From an uncultured Erysipelotrichaceae bacterium (lineage in GTDB: Bacteria > Bacillota_I > Bacilli_A > Erysipelotrichales > Erysipelotrichaceae): a stretch of 32,000 nucleotides of DNA. Under the pieces are notes generated by a model that was given only the letters and a program-made list of their open reading frames with translations, was not told where the DNA came from and ran no database searches. Location of the stretch: NCBI GenBank assembly GCA_942492995.1, contig OW818653.1:1530001-1562000 (forward strand). The letters are read 5' to 3'. Below, in pieces: positions 9,672 to 22,461 of the stretch. The translations under genes were made by a program, and so were the position numbers. Numbering within the stretch: position 1 is the stretch's first letter; the number at the start of each line of letters is the position of its first letter.

Positions 9672-9809
9672 TTATTTTAACATATAACAATCAATTGTGT
9701 CAGTCGAAACACCATGTTCGTATCCAACATCCAAAATGTATATTAACTCATTTTGACAATTAAATACAAGAGGCCACATTTCTCTTTCTTGAACAGGTAT
9801 TTTATTTCT
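9672..9809 (-). pseudogene. tilS: Out-of-frame (+1) 3' continuation of tilS encoding the TilS C-terminal box
   Basis: The +1 frame is open from 9809 to TAA 9674-9672. It reads (K)IPVQEREMWPLVFNCQNELIYILDVGYEHGVSTDTIDCYMLK. Joined to ...TKLSRWFIKK, it reproduces the TilS_C pattern KL(x9)P(x3)R(x3)PLxF. It ends 19 nt before the hpt start. Confidence 0.65.
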
Positions 9810-10884
9810 TTATAAACCACCTTGATAGTTTTGTATAGGTATATGCCTGTAATTGGTTTTTACAGGATCTTAAATTCTTGATTGTAATTGGAAAACTATC
9901 CTTTTTAATCAATATTTTCGTATATGCATCTTTATCTTCATAACAAAACTTAATTTGTTCATCTAATGATTCATATAGCTTTAACACATACATATAATCA
10001 GGTATTTCTTTTAGGATAGTTATGACACCATATTGTTTAATTAATCTATACTCTTTATTTAAACGCATCTTTACCGTATCTGATTCAGATAACTGTCGAT
10101 TCAACTCTTCTATAAACTTATTCGAAATCGGATAAAGATTTGTATGTAGCCTTAACCATTCTAATAAGAAACTATGTTTATTATGTGACAAACTTATGTA
10201 ATCATTATGTGATATTGATGTTTGATTAAGGGTTAATTGATACAGATTCAAAAACTCACTTCGAGTTTGATTGTATTCATCTTTAATCTTGAATAGTTCT
10301 TCTTTCTCGTTATCAGTTAATTCTGATAATACTTTGCGAATTTTATTACGTGTATACACTAAGCTCATGTTTGATTCATCGATTCCATAATCAATCTGAT
10401 GATTATGACAATAGCTTAATAACTCATCTTTTGTATACTCTAACAAAGGTCGATCAACTCTTATCCCGAATAATTTCGTGGATTGTGATAATCCATAATA
10501 GTTAACATTTGATTTACGTGTAATTTGAAATATAAGTGTTTCTAAATCATCATCTTTATGATGCGCAACTAAAACACCTAATGCGTTTTCTTTACTAATA
10601 ACTTCTTTAATCATTAGATATCTAAACCGTCTTGCCTCATCTTGAAAGTTACCTGTAAAATTTCCAGCATGATAAACATAACATTCAATTTTATGTTTAT
10701 CACAATACTCTTGAACGATCTTCTCATCTCTAATTGCACTTTCACGTTTATGATAATTAACATGTAAAACCACAACTTTTACTCCACTTTTATTTGCCAT
10801 ATCTAAAAGTGCCATTGAATCTGGTCCACCTGATACGGATACAATCCATTTTTGGTTTTGATAAGAAGATAAACTGTTTTTCAT
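9802..10884 (-). CDS. tilS: tRNA(Ile)-lysidine synthetase (reading frame truncated by a frameshift at about 9804)
   Basis: 360 aa as written. PP-loop SVSGGPDSMAL. The frame stops at TAA 9804-9802 inside the A-rich tract AAAGAAA-T-AAAATA; the conserved C-terminal segment continues in the +1 frame. Confidence 0.9.
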   Translation of the reverse strand: MKNSLSSYQNQKWIVSVSGGPDSMALLDMANKSGVKVVVLHVNYHKRESAIRDEKIVQEYCDKHKIECYVYHAGNFTGNFQDEARRFRYLMIKEVISKENALGVLVAHHKDDDLETLIFQITRKSNVNYYGLSQSTKLFGIRVDRPLLEYTKDELLSYCHNHQIDYGIDESNMSLVYTRNKIRKVLSELTDNEKEELFKIKDEYNQTRSEFLNLYQLTLNQTSISHNDYISLSHNKHSFLLEWLRLHTNLYPISNKFIEELNRQLSESDTVKMRLNKEYRLIKQYGVITILKEIPDYMYVLKLYESLDEQIKFCYEDKDAYTKILIKKDSFPITIKNLRSCKNQLQAYTYTKLSRWFIKK

Positions 10885-10899
10885 CTCTTAAAGTATACC

Positions 10900-11469
10900 T
10901 TAGCGAACTCCTTCTTTAAATAGACAATAACCAACACGTTTTTGGATTCGTGTAAACAGTTCATCGGTACAATCTAAATGACCGACTATTTCTATAATTC
11001 GAGTTGGATTGATAAACTTACAATCATTGATAAATAGAACAGATTCACGATTTAATCCATTCCTCTGACCAAAACGCATTAAGTGTTTTCGGCCATTAGG
11101 ATTTTGAATACGATCATAAGCTTGTGCATACGTAATTGGATTAGATGTCATAGGTATAACGAATACTTTACCATTAATCTTAGATATAACCAATCCAAAA
11201 TGTTGAAAACCGGATTCATTTAGATAAGCCTGACCAAAATCGATGTAACAAACATCACCACAATTTACTTCGAATGTTTCATGTATTTTAAGTGATGATC
11301 GTTGTATATAATTCTGAGTACTTAATAATACTTTTGTAGCATCTTTAACACTTAATTTAGAAATATGATTCTGAAATTCTTGCATAGTCTCTTCTATAAT
11401 GGTTTCATCAAAATACTGATTATTATTCTCTTGTGCTTCGATTAAATTATTTAGTAAATATGAGCGCAT
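10900..11469 (-). CDS. MazF/PemK-fold protein with a ~67-aa N-terminal extension (orphan, no adjacent antitoxin gene)
   Basis: 189 aa with a strong SD (AGGAGGAG). Residues about 68-185 align by eye to B. subtilis MazF/EndoA: GDVCYIDF...NESGFQHFGLVIS...VFVIPMTSN...RESVLFINDCKFINPTRI...GHLD. His replaces the catalytic Arg of the RP motif. Confidence 0.7.
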   Translation of the reverse strand: MRSYLLNNLIEAQENNNQYFDETIIEETMQEFQNHISKLSVKDATKVLLSTQNYIQRSSLKIHETFEVNCGDVCYIDFGQAYLNESGFQHFGLVISKINGKVFVIPMTSNPITYAQAYDRIQNPNGRKHLMRFGQRNGLNRESVLFINDCKFINPTRIIEIVGHLDCTDELFTRIQKRVGYCLFKEGVR

Positions 11470-11511
11470 AACTCCTCCTACTCATACTTATGCAAAACAA
11501 TCATAATCTCC

Positions 11512-11541
11512 TAAAAAAAAGATCATCTTTCGATGATCTTA
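11512..11541 (-). terminator. Rho-independent terminator of mreB
   Basis: On the minus strand: AAGATCATC GAAA GATGATCTT followed by T8 (+ strand A8 at 11513-11520). The stem overlaps the mreB stop codon. Confidence 0.8.
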
Positions 11542-12528
11542 GCCTACGATATGTAAGTTTTCTAACATAATCCCTGTACCTTCAGCAACACATCTTAGTG
11601 CGTTTTCCGCTACGTATACTGGAATATTTAGTTCATTCATTAATAATTGGTCAATACCGTGAAGTAAAGCTCCACCACCTGTTAATACAACACCACGAGT
11701 CACAATATCCGCTGATAACTCAGGAGGAGTTTGTTCAAGTACAGTACGACATGCACGTACAATGTCTTGAAGACTTTCATGAATTGCGATTTCTGTTTCA
11801 TCAGATGTCATTGTAATCGTATGTGGAAGGCCTGTGACTAAGTCACGTCCACTAACTTCGAGTGAATCCTTGCGTGATCCTCTCCAAGCAGTCCCAATCT
11901 TTTTCTTCAATTCTTCTGCAGTACGATCACCAATTAAAAGTTTGTATGTTTCTTTGACATATTTGATAATGTCTTTATCCATACGGTCACCCGCGATTTT
12001 TAGGGATGAAGATGTAACGATTTCACCAAGTGAAAGAATCGCAACGTCCGTTGTACCACCACCTATATCCAATACCATATTACCATTTGGCTTCGAAATA
12101 TCTAAACCAGCACCGATTGCGGCAACTTTTGGCTCTTCTTCAATGTAGACGCGTTTAGCCCCTGCACGGTATGCCGCATCACGAATCGCATTACGTTCAA
12201 CAGAAGTAATGTTTGATGGACAACAGATTAATATAGTAGGACGTGAGAACATTCCTTTTAATTTTAATTTCTTAATGAAGTATTGAAGCATCATTTCTGT
12301 AACTTCGAAATCCGCAATAACACCATCTTTTAATGGACGAATCGCAAGGATTCTTCCTGGTGTACGACCTAACATGTCTTTAGCATCTGAACCAACTGCT
12401 AAACACTTTTTAGTCTCTGCTTCAATCGCTACGACAGAAGGTTCATCTAAAACAATACCTTCACCTTTAACATAGATTAATACATTTGCGGTACCTAAGT
12501 CGATACCTACTGCCTTTGAAAATGCCAT
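11539..12528 (-). CDS. mreB: Rod-shape-determining actin homologue MreB/Mbl
   Basis: The ORF opens at 12558; ATG12528 (MAFSKAVGIDLGTANV...) follows GGAGGG by 5 nt. Actin-fold phosphate motifs GIDLGT, DIGGGTTD and LTGGGALL. Confidence 0.96.
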   Translation of the reverse strand: MAFSKAVGIDLGTANVLIYVKGEGIVLDEPSVVAIEAETKKCLAVGSDAKDMLGRTPGRILAIRPLKDGVIADFEVTEMMLQYFIKKLKLKGMFSRPTILICCPSNITSVERNAIRDAAYRAGAKRVYIEEEPKVAAIGAGLDISKPNGNMVLDIGGGTTDVAILSLGEIVTSSSLKIAGDRMDKDIIKYVKETYKLLIGDRTAEELKKKIGTAWRGSRKDSLEVSGRDLVTGLPHTITMTSDETEIAIHESLQDIVRACRTVLEQTPPELSADIVTRGVVLTGGGALLHGIDQLLMNELNIPVYVAENALRCVAEGTGIMLENLHIVG

Positions 12529-12556
12529 ATATGCCCTCCATTTGATAAGCATACCC

Positions 12557-12565
12557 ATTATAGCA
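12557..12565 (-). promoter_or_regulatory. Extended -10 promoter element for mreB
   Basis: On the minus strand: TGcTATAAT (12565-12557). The -35 is poor (TAGTCT/GTAGTC). It lies inside the discarded 5' extension of the mreB ORF, which supports the 12528 start. Confidence 0.45.
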
Positions 12566-12590
12566 CAAAGATTAAAAAAGACTACTAAGA

Positions 12591-12785
12591 CTACATGGAT
12601 AAACTAAGTCCGATTAAGAACTGTGTAACTAAGTAAGCAAGAGCCATCGCAAGAAGTATTATTAATACTTGTGCTTGTACTACACGCTTAGGATAGATAA
12701 TTTTTGAAAAATTAATAGCGTTTAAACTATATAAACTTGCCCCAAACGTTAAGAAATAAATAATAACGCGAATATACGGAGCCAT
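12591..12785 (-). CDS. Small integral membrane protein, DUF1146 (YwzB-like)
   Basis: 64 aa with two TM helices, directly downstream of atpC as ywzB is in Bacillus. Has the ...RVVQAQVLIILLAMALAYLVTQFL... pattern. Confidence 0.75.
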   Translation of the reverse strand: MAPYIRVIIYFLTFGASLYSLNAINFSKIIYPKRVVQAQVLIILLAMALAYLVTQFLIGLSLSM

Positions 12786-12786
12786 A

Positions 12787-13176
12787 CTATTTACCTATAT
12801 CGATACGATTTAATGCCTTCAATAAAGCAATTTGAGCACGTTTAACATCAATATCCGTATCTTTGGAACGTAGTCGTTCTTCAGCTCTTTGTTTAGCATG
12901 TTCAGCACGCGCTAAATCGACATCTCCTTCATGTTCAACCGCATCCGATAAAATTGTGGCTTCGTTATTCTTAAAGAAGAACACTCCACCCGCAACCGTA
13001 TATCTTTCTCGTTTTCCATTATGAATACTCGACATGATCGATATATCTAACATTGTGACAATAGGCATATGATTACTTAAAATACCCATTTGACCATTTG
13101 GAGTAACGATATTTATTTGGCTTGATTCGAAAGTTCGAACTGGCGCTTCTGGTGTCACAATTTTTACAATGAACAT
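12787..13176 (-). CDS. atpC: F1 ATP synthase subunit epsilon
   Basis: 129 aa. Has an N-terminal beta-sandwich and a C-terminal helical hairpin (ARAEHAKQRAEERL). Operon position is after atpD. Confidence 0.95.
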   Translation of the reverse strand: MFIVKIVTPEAPVRTFESSQINIVTPNGQMGILSNHMPIVTMLDISIMSSIHNGKRERYTVAGGVFFFKNNEATILSDAVEHEGDVDLARAEHAKQRAEERLRSKDTDIDVKRAQIALLKALNRIDIGK

Positions 13177-13177
13177 A

Positions 13178-15446
<2,269 letters not shown>

Positions 15447-15447
15447 T

Positions 15448-17511
<2,064 letters not shown>

Positions 17512-17512
<1 letters not shown>

Positions 17513-18021
17513 TAATTACGCACATCCTTAATAAAGTGTTGGATCTGTTTACGATCTTCAACTTCATCAACTTTGCCTTCGATTAATTTAGATGCGGCAA
17601 GTAATGCTACATCAACGATTTCAGATTCAATTTCATCACGCATTTGTGTTTTTTGATGTGCAATTTCACGAAGTGCAGATGTAAGTTTATTATCAGCTTC
17701 ATTTTTAGCTTCAGCCAATAAATGTTCCTTTAAACGTTTTCCTTCAAGCTTACCGTTTTCAATGATTTGTTTTGCTTCATTCGCTGCTTGAGTTAATAAA
17801 ACATCACTCTTCATTTGATTTGCACGCGCAATAGAATTCGCATCATGCGCTTCTTTTAAAGCCGCATCCGCAACTTCTGCTCGTTTTGCTAGATAGTCTT
17901 GCATTGGTTTCCAAAGCAACTTTTTCATACCCAAAAATAGTACTCCTGTAGCACACAGCTGAACGATTAATGTAATCGCATCTGGAAACAGTTTACCCGC
18001 AATATCCAAATCAAGATTCAT
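17512..18021 (-). CDS. atpF: Fo ATP synthase subunit b
   Basis: 169 aa. One N-terminal TM helix followed by a long charged helix. SD AGGTGGTGA. Confidence 0.93.
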
Positions 18022-18050
18022 AGACTCACCACCTTTGTGTTAATTAAAAA

Positions 18051-18311
<261 letters not shown>

Positions 18312-18314
18312 TTA

Positions 18315-19019
18315 TCATTCTTGGGGTAATTCATTCCCAATAAAGATTGTTGTTAACATAATAAATATATACGTTTGAATAAGCCCAGAGAATACATCGA
18401 AATACGCATGTAATGCCGGCGCAACGACGATCCCTATAAAGTTGAACCCACCAATTAATGGCACAAAACTTGACAACCATTCTGTAAATACATACACCAA
18501 CATCATGATGGTTGTACCAGAAGTAATATTACCGAATAAACGTAATGACATCGAAATCAATGGAGCTACTGTCCCAAAGACATTCATAATGACAAATGGT
18601 GGAAACGGTTCAAAGAAACCTTTCGCATAACCACCAACTCCATTAATCTTAATTTTCGTTGATTGAACAAGTACAAATGTGATTAATGCTAGAGCTAATG
18701 TAACACTATAGTTACCTGTAGGTTGATTAAATCCTAACAATCCTAATAGATTAGAAACAGCCATATATAACGCAAGCGACGCAATGTAAGGCGCAAACTT
18801 TACTGCAGCTTTAGCCCCCATATTATCTTTAGTAAGATTCGACATCATTTGATAATAAATCATACCAATCAAGACTAAGCCTTTAGGTTTGTCTAACGGA
18901 TTACTCTTCTTAATCGCTCTACCAATTAAAAAAAGAAAGAACAAAAGTACTGACGTAATAATTAGTATCGAGAACACTTCAATTTGAAGTGATATGACTT
19001 TATCACTAGTATTTATCAT
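18315..19019 (-). CDS. atpB: Fo ATP synthase subunit a
   Basis: 234 aa polytopic protein. Essential Arg in LSMSLRLFGNITSG. ATGA overlap with the atpI stop. Confidence 0.95.
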   Translation of the reverse strand: MINTSDKVISLQIEVFSILIITSVLLFFLFLIGRAIKKSNPLDKPKGLVLIGMIYYQMMSNLTKDNMGAKAAVKFAPYIASLALYMAVSNLLGLLGFNQPTGNYSVTLALALITFVLVQSTKIKINGVGGYAKGFFEPFPPFVIMNVFGTVAPLISMSLRLFGNITSGTTIMMLVYVFTEWLSSFVPLIGGFNFIGIVVAPALHAYFDVFSGLIQTYIFIMLTTIFIGNELPQE

Positions 19020-19375
19020 TTGTTTCCCTCTTTTTTAAAGAATATTTCACTCACGAACATATAATACTTAAAGAAAAGTAAACCAAAAGCCACAAAAATA
19101 ATATCAAAATAATTACTTATGAATATTGCGATTAGAAACGGTACTACGAACACCATATTCCCAAGAATAAATCCTAAATAATTTCTAAATCCTTTTCTCT
19201 GATAGAACAGTACTGAATCTATTTGTGACTCAGTAATATGGATTGTAATGAACGAAAAAGCAAATCCTAATAAGAATCCAAGTGACCAACGATAATTAAA
19301 GACCATTAATGCTATCGCAATAATGAGTCCGAAAAGTATAAGTTTTGATAATTTGGTTCTAAGTAGCGTTTTCAT
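19016..19375 (-). CDS. atpI: ATP synthase protein I (AtpI-like small membrane protein)
   Basis: 119 aa with 3-4 TM helices; first gene of the atp operon and overlaps atpB. No obvious SD. Confidence 0.75.
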   Translation of the reverse strand: MKTLLRTKLSKLILFGLIIAIALMVFNYRWSLGFLLGFAFSFITIHITESQIDSVLFYQRKGFRNYLGFILGNMVFVVPFLIAIFISNYFDIIFVAFGLLFFKYYMFVSEIFFKKEGNK

Positions 19376-19392
19376 TCGTTTATTACTTGTCT

Positions 19393-19401
19393 ATTTTATC
19401 A
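19393..19401 (-). promoter_or_regulatory. Candidate extended -10 element for the atp operon
   Basis: On the minus strand: TGaTAAAAT (19401-19393) in the 44-bp upp-atpI spacer. The -35 is weak. Confidence 0.35.
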
Positions 19402-19419
19402 CAAATAAATGATTTGGAA

Positions 19420-20040
19420 CTACTTTGTACCAAAAATTCTATCACCTGCATCACCTAATCCAGGCACAATATAACCATGTTCATTTAATTTCTCATCAAG
19501 TGCAGCTAAATAGATATCTACATCAGGATGATCTTCTTCAATGCGCTTAACACCTTCAGGTGCACCAACTAAACAAATTAGTTTGATCACTGTTGCGCCA
19601 CGTTTTTTAATCATATCAATTGCAGCACTCGCTGAACCACCAGTTGCCAACATAGGATCTAAAATCATCACAACTGAATCCGGTAAATTTGATGGGAATT
19701 TTGCGAAGTATTCATGTGGTTCAAGTGTTTCTTCATCACGATATAAACCAATATGTCCAACTTTAGCAGTAGGAATTAAGTTACGAATACCATTTACCAT
19801 ACCAAGTCCTGCTCGTAGAATTGGAACTAAAACTATTTCTTTAGCCATTTCTTCAGAAACACATGGTGCAACTGGTGTTACTATCTCTACTTTACGAGTA
19901 GGGACATCACGTGTAATTTCATAAGCCATAAGTCCTGCAATCTCATCAAGATTCTGTCTAAAATCCTTCGTACCAGTATCCTTTTGGCGCATTTGTGTTA
20001 GTTTATGCGTAATAAGTGGGTGATTTAATACATTTAACAT
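19420..20040 (-). CDS. upp: Uracil phosphoribosyltransferase
   Basis: 206 aa. PRPP motif [13 protein letters not shown] and C-terminal [17 protein letters not shown]. Confidence 0.97.
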   Translation of the reverse strand: MLNVLNHPLITHKLTQMRQKDTGTKDFRQNLDEIAGLMAYEITRDVPTRKVEIVTPVAPCVSEEMAKEIVLVPILRAGLGMVNGIRNLIPTAKVGHIGLYRDEETLEPHEYFAKFPSNLPDSVVMILDPMLATGGSASAAIDMIKKRGATVIKLICLVGAPEGVKRIEEDHPDVDIYLAALDEKLNEHGYIVPGLGDAGDRIFGTK

Positions 20041-20056
20041 CGTTTTTCTCCTTATT

Positions 20057-21280
20057 TTATATTGGGAACTGCTGAGTTAATGCAGTTACTTCTTCTTTAA
20101 TTCTTTGTTTAATTATTTCATCTTCAGGATTTTTGAGACATTCATCAATCCAATGCGCTACTTTTTTAAACTCAGATTCTTTAAATCCACGTGTTGTCAT
20201 AGCGACGGAACCTAGTCTTAAACCTGATGTGACCATTGGTTTTTCAGGATCAAATGGAATACTATTCTTATTACAAGTGATACCTACTTCATCTAATAAT
20301 CGCTCAGCTTTTTTACCAGATAATCCAACAGATGATTTAACATTGACAAGACATAAATGATTCTCTGAACCATCCCCTACAATGTTATACCCTAATAATC
20401 GTAATTCATCCACAAGAACCTGCATATTTTTTAGAACTTGTTTACTGTATTCTTTAAATTCAGGTTGAAGCGCTTCATAGAAACACACAGCTTTACCCGC
20501 AATAACATGCATTAGAGGTCCGCCTTGTATCCCAGGGAATACTTTTTTATCAATTAAAGGCGCAAATTCTTTTTTACATAGAACTAACCCACCTCTTGGT
20601 CCTCTTAATGTTTTATGCGTTGTACTAGTCACAAAATCCGCATATGGTACAGGACTTGGATGTAAACCTGACGCAACTAACCCCGCAATATGTGCCATAT
20701 CAACCATAAGGTAAGCACCAACTTCATCCGCAATATCTCTAAAGCGTTTGAAATCGATAATAAATGGATACGCACTTGCGCCTGCCACAATCAACTTAGG
20801 TTTAACGAGTAATGCTTTTTCGCGTAATGCATCATAATCAATTCTTGAAGTAACAGGATCAACTCCATACGCTTCAAAATGATAAAGTGTTCCAGAGAAG
20901 TTCAAGGGATGCCCATGCGTTAAATGTCCACCAGCTGATAAATCCATCCCTAATACAACATCCTTAGGTTGAAGAATCGCCATATAAACTGCCATATTAG
21001 CTTGAGAACCTGAATGTGCTTGAACATTCGCATGTTCAGCCCCAAATAGTTCACAAACACGTTGACGTGCTAATTCTTCGATTACATCAACTTCTTCACA
21101 TCCACCGTAATAACGCGCTTTAGGATAACCTTCCGCATATTTATTAGTAAGTATACTCCCTACCGCAACTAAAACATCATTCGATACATAGTTTTCGGAT
21201 GCGATTAATTCAATATTATTTAATTGGCGAATCTTTTCTTTTTGAATCGCAGTTTCAATTAACTTATCATTCATTATCAT
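20057..21280 (-). CDS. glyA: Serine hydroxymethyltransferase
   Basis: 407 aa. PLP-lysine motif [14 protein letters not shown]. The start could be ATG21280 or ATG21274; both overlap the rpiB 3' end. Confidence 0.97.
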   Translation of the reverse strand: MIMNDKLIETAIQKEKIRQLNNIELIASENYVSNDVLVAVGSILTNKYAEGYPKARYYGGCEEVDVIEELARQRVCELFGAEHANVQAHSGSQANMAVYMAILQPKDVVLGMDLSAGGHLTHGHPLNFSGTLYHFEAYGVDPVTSRIDYDALREKALLVKPKLIVAGASAYPFIIDFKRFRDIADEVGAYLMVDMAHIAGLVASGLHPSPVPYADFVTSTTHKTLRGPRGGLVLCKKEFAPLIDKKVFPGIQGGPLMHVIAGKAVCFYEALQPEFKEYSKQVLKNMQVLVDELRLLGYNIVGDGSENHLCLVNVKSSVGLSGKKAERLLDEVGITCNKNSIPFDPEKPMVTSGLRLGSVAMTTRGFKESEFKKVAHWIDECLKNPEDEIIKQRIKEEVTALTQQFPI

Positions 21281-21725
21281 TCTCGGTCTCTTCTATTTTA
21301 CAAATTTTATCAATACGTACTTTATGACGTTCTTCCTGAGAAAAACCAGTACTTAACCATTTATCTACTATTTCTAACGCAATCGCAACCGTTGTTAATC
21401 TTCCACCAAGTGCTAATACATTGGTGTCATTGTGAAGGCGTGTAATTTCTGCCACTTTTGGATCATATACCAAAGCACAGCGAACACCTTTCACTTTATT
21501 TGCGACGATACTCGCACCAATTCCTGTTCCACATAAAACAATCCCAAAATCATTAGAACGATCCGCAACTGAACAACTCGCTGGATAAACCGTATCTGGA
21601 TAATCCATGCTCTCTGTCCCATGAGTCCCAAAATCTTCAACTTGGTGACCTTTTTTAATTAAGTGTTGCTTAATGGCTTCCTTATGTTCAAAAGCCCCAT
21701 GATCACACGCTAATGCAATTTTCAT
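21267..21725 (-). CDS. rpiB: Ribose-5-phosphate isomerase B
   Basis: 152 aa. RpiB/LacAB fold with [12 protein letters not shown]... and catalytic Cys in [11 protein letters not shown]. Confidence 0.94.
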   Translation of the reverse strand: MKIALACDHGAFEHKEAIKQHLIKKGHQVEDFGTHGTESMDYPDTVYPASCSVADRSNDFGIVLCGTGIGASIVANKVKGVRCALVYDPKVAEITRLHNDTNVLALGGRLTTVAIALEIVDKWLSTGFSQEERHKVRIDKICKIEETENDNE

Positions 21726-21787
21726 AGATTGTCTCCTCTAATACACTGACTAATGGTTTAACATTATTCGAGTGAACTATCCTAAAT

Positions 21788-21816
21788 ATTTTAGCACAAC
21801 CCGATAGATGTATCGA
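21788..21816 (-). promoter_or_regulatory. Candidate promoter for rpiB-glyA-upp
   Basis: On the minus strand: TCGATA (21816-21811), 17-bp spacer, extended -10 TGcTAAAAT (21796-21788). Confidence 0.45.
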
Positions 21817-21833
21817 GTATCGGTGTTACGATT

Positions 21834-22364
21834 TTACACAATATTCATCTGAATGTGTTGACCAAATATTTCATTGTCTATGCTTGTTACAATTATTCCA
21901 GTTAATGTACGACTTTTTAAAAGGATTTTATAACTTAACCATTTAATTTCAGACTGTCTAAAATCACCATTTAAGCTAAATACAGAATTATCTTGTTCGA
22001 TTCGATCATGATAGATAATTAGTTCTTTATTAAGATTGATTCGTTTATATAGAATCTTAACTTTCAATCGTATAGGTAAGTAAGTATGCAAGAATAATAC
22101 TGCACAAAGGAATGATCCTAAGCTTATCCATAAATTAGTTAGACTATGCTTGGATGTAACAAACATTATGATGTTTATACCAAAAATGATTAGATACATA
22201 AATTCAGAAATAAATCCCTTCTTAATGAGTTGATTAAACAAATAAGTATAAAGTATGAATAAAAATAATATAAACTGATAGTGTGCAAATAATAATAATA
22301 ATATACAATTAATCAAAACGATTATGTACGGACAATATAAGCGGAGTAGGTATCTAATTTTCAT
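21834..22364 (-). CDS. Hypothetical polytopic membrane protein with a ~75-aa C-terminal soluble domain
   Basis: 176-codon ORF in very AT-rich DNA. It has about four hydrophobic helices, then a beta-rich tail (ELIIYHDRIEQDNSVFSLNG...IKWLSYKILLK...GIIVTSID). I recognise no family. No SD; a -10-like TACGAT lies 6 nt before the ATG. Confidence 0.6.
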   Translation of the reverse strand: MKIRYLLRLYCPYIIVLINCILLLLFAHYQFILFLFILYTYLFNQLIKKGFISEFMYLIIFGINIIMFVTSKHSLTNLWISLGSFLCAVLFLHTYLPIRLKVKILYKRINLNKELIIYHDRIEQDNSVFSLNGDFRQSEIKWLSYKILLKSRTLTGIIVTSIDNEIFGQHIQMNIV

Positions 22365-22393
22365 TTATATATCGTAATAAAATATTCGAATCT

Positions 22394-22461
22394 ATACAAC
22401 CTATTAGAGTATTATTTATTAATACAACTATACATTGTGTAAAAACCATTAATACAACCTA
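22394..22461. repeat. Three direct copies of ATACAAC(C)TA in the divergent spacer (candidate operator sites)
   Basis: ATACAACCTA at 22394-22403 and 22452-22461; ATACAACTA at 22422-22430. Copies 2 and 3 share the 11-mer ATTAATACAAC exactly 30 bp apart (22418-22428 and 22448-22458). Copy 1 overlaps the -35 of the TM gene promoter, and copy 3 abuts the ATG of the XRE gene. Confidence 0.6.

Noticed and set aside
9653-9801. The 137-bp tilS-hpt gap considered as a riboswitch (purine), T-box or promoter region, or as an independent 35-codon small gene (MWPLVF...)
   Set aside because: No purine-riboswitch or T-box core sequences are present. The region is better explained as the frameshifted 3' end of tilS, because the peptide continues the TilS C-terminal motif upstream of its ATG.
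11598-12148. Two + strand ORFs (72 and 104 aa) inside mreB
   Set aside because: Both are antisense to a highly conserved gene. They have no SD and no recognisable motifs, which is typical of shadow ORFs in the complementary frame.
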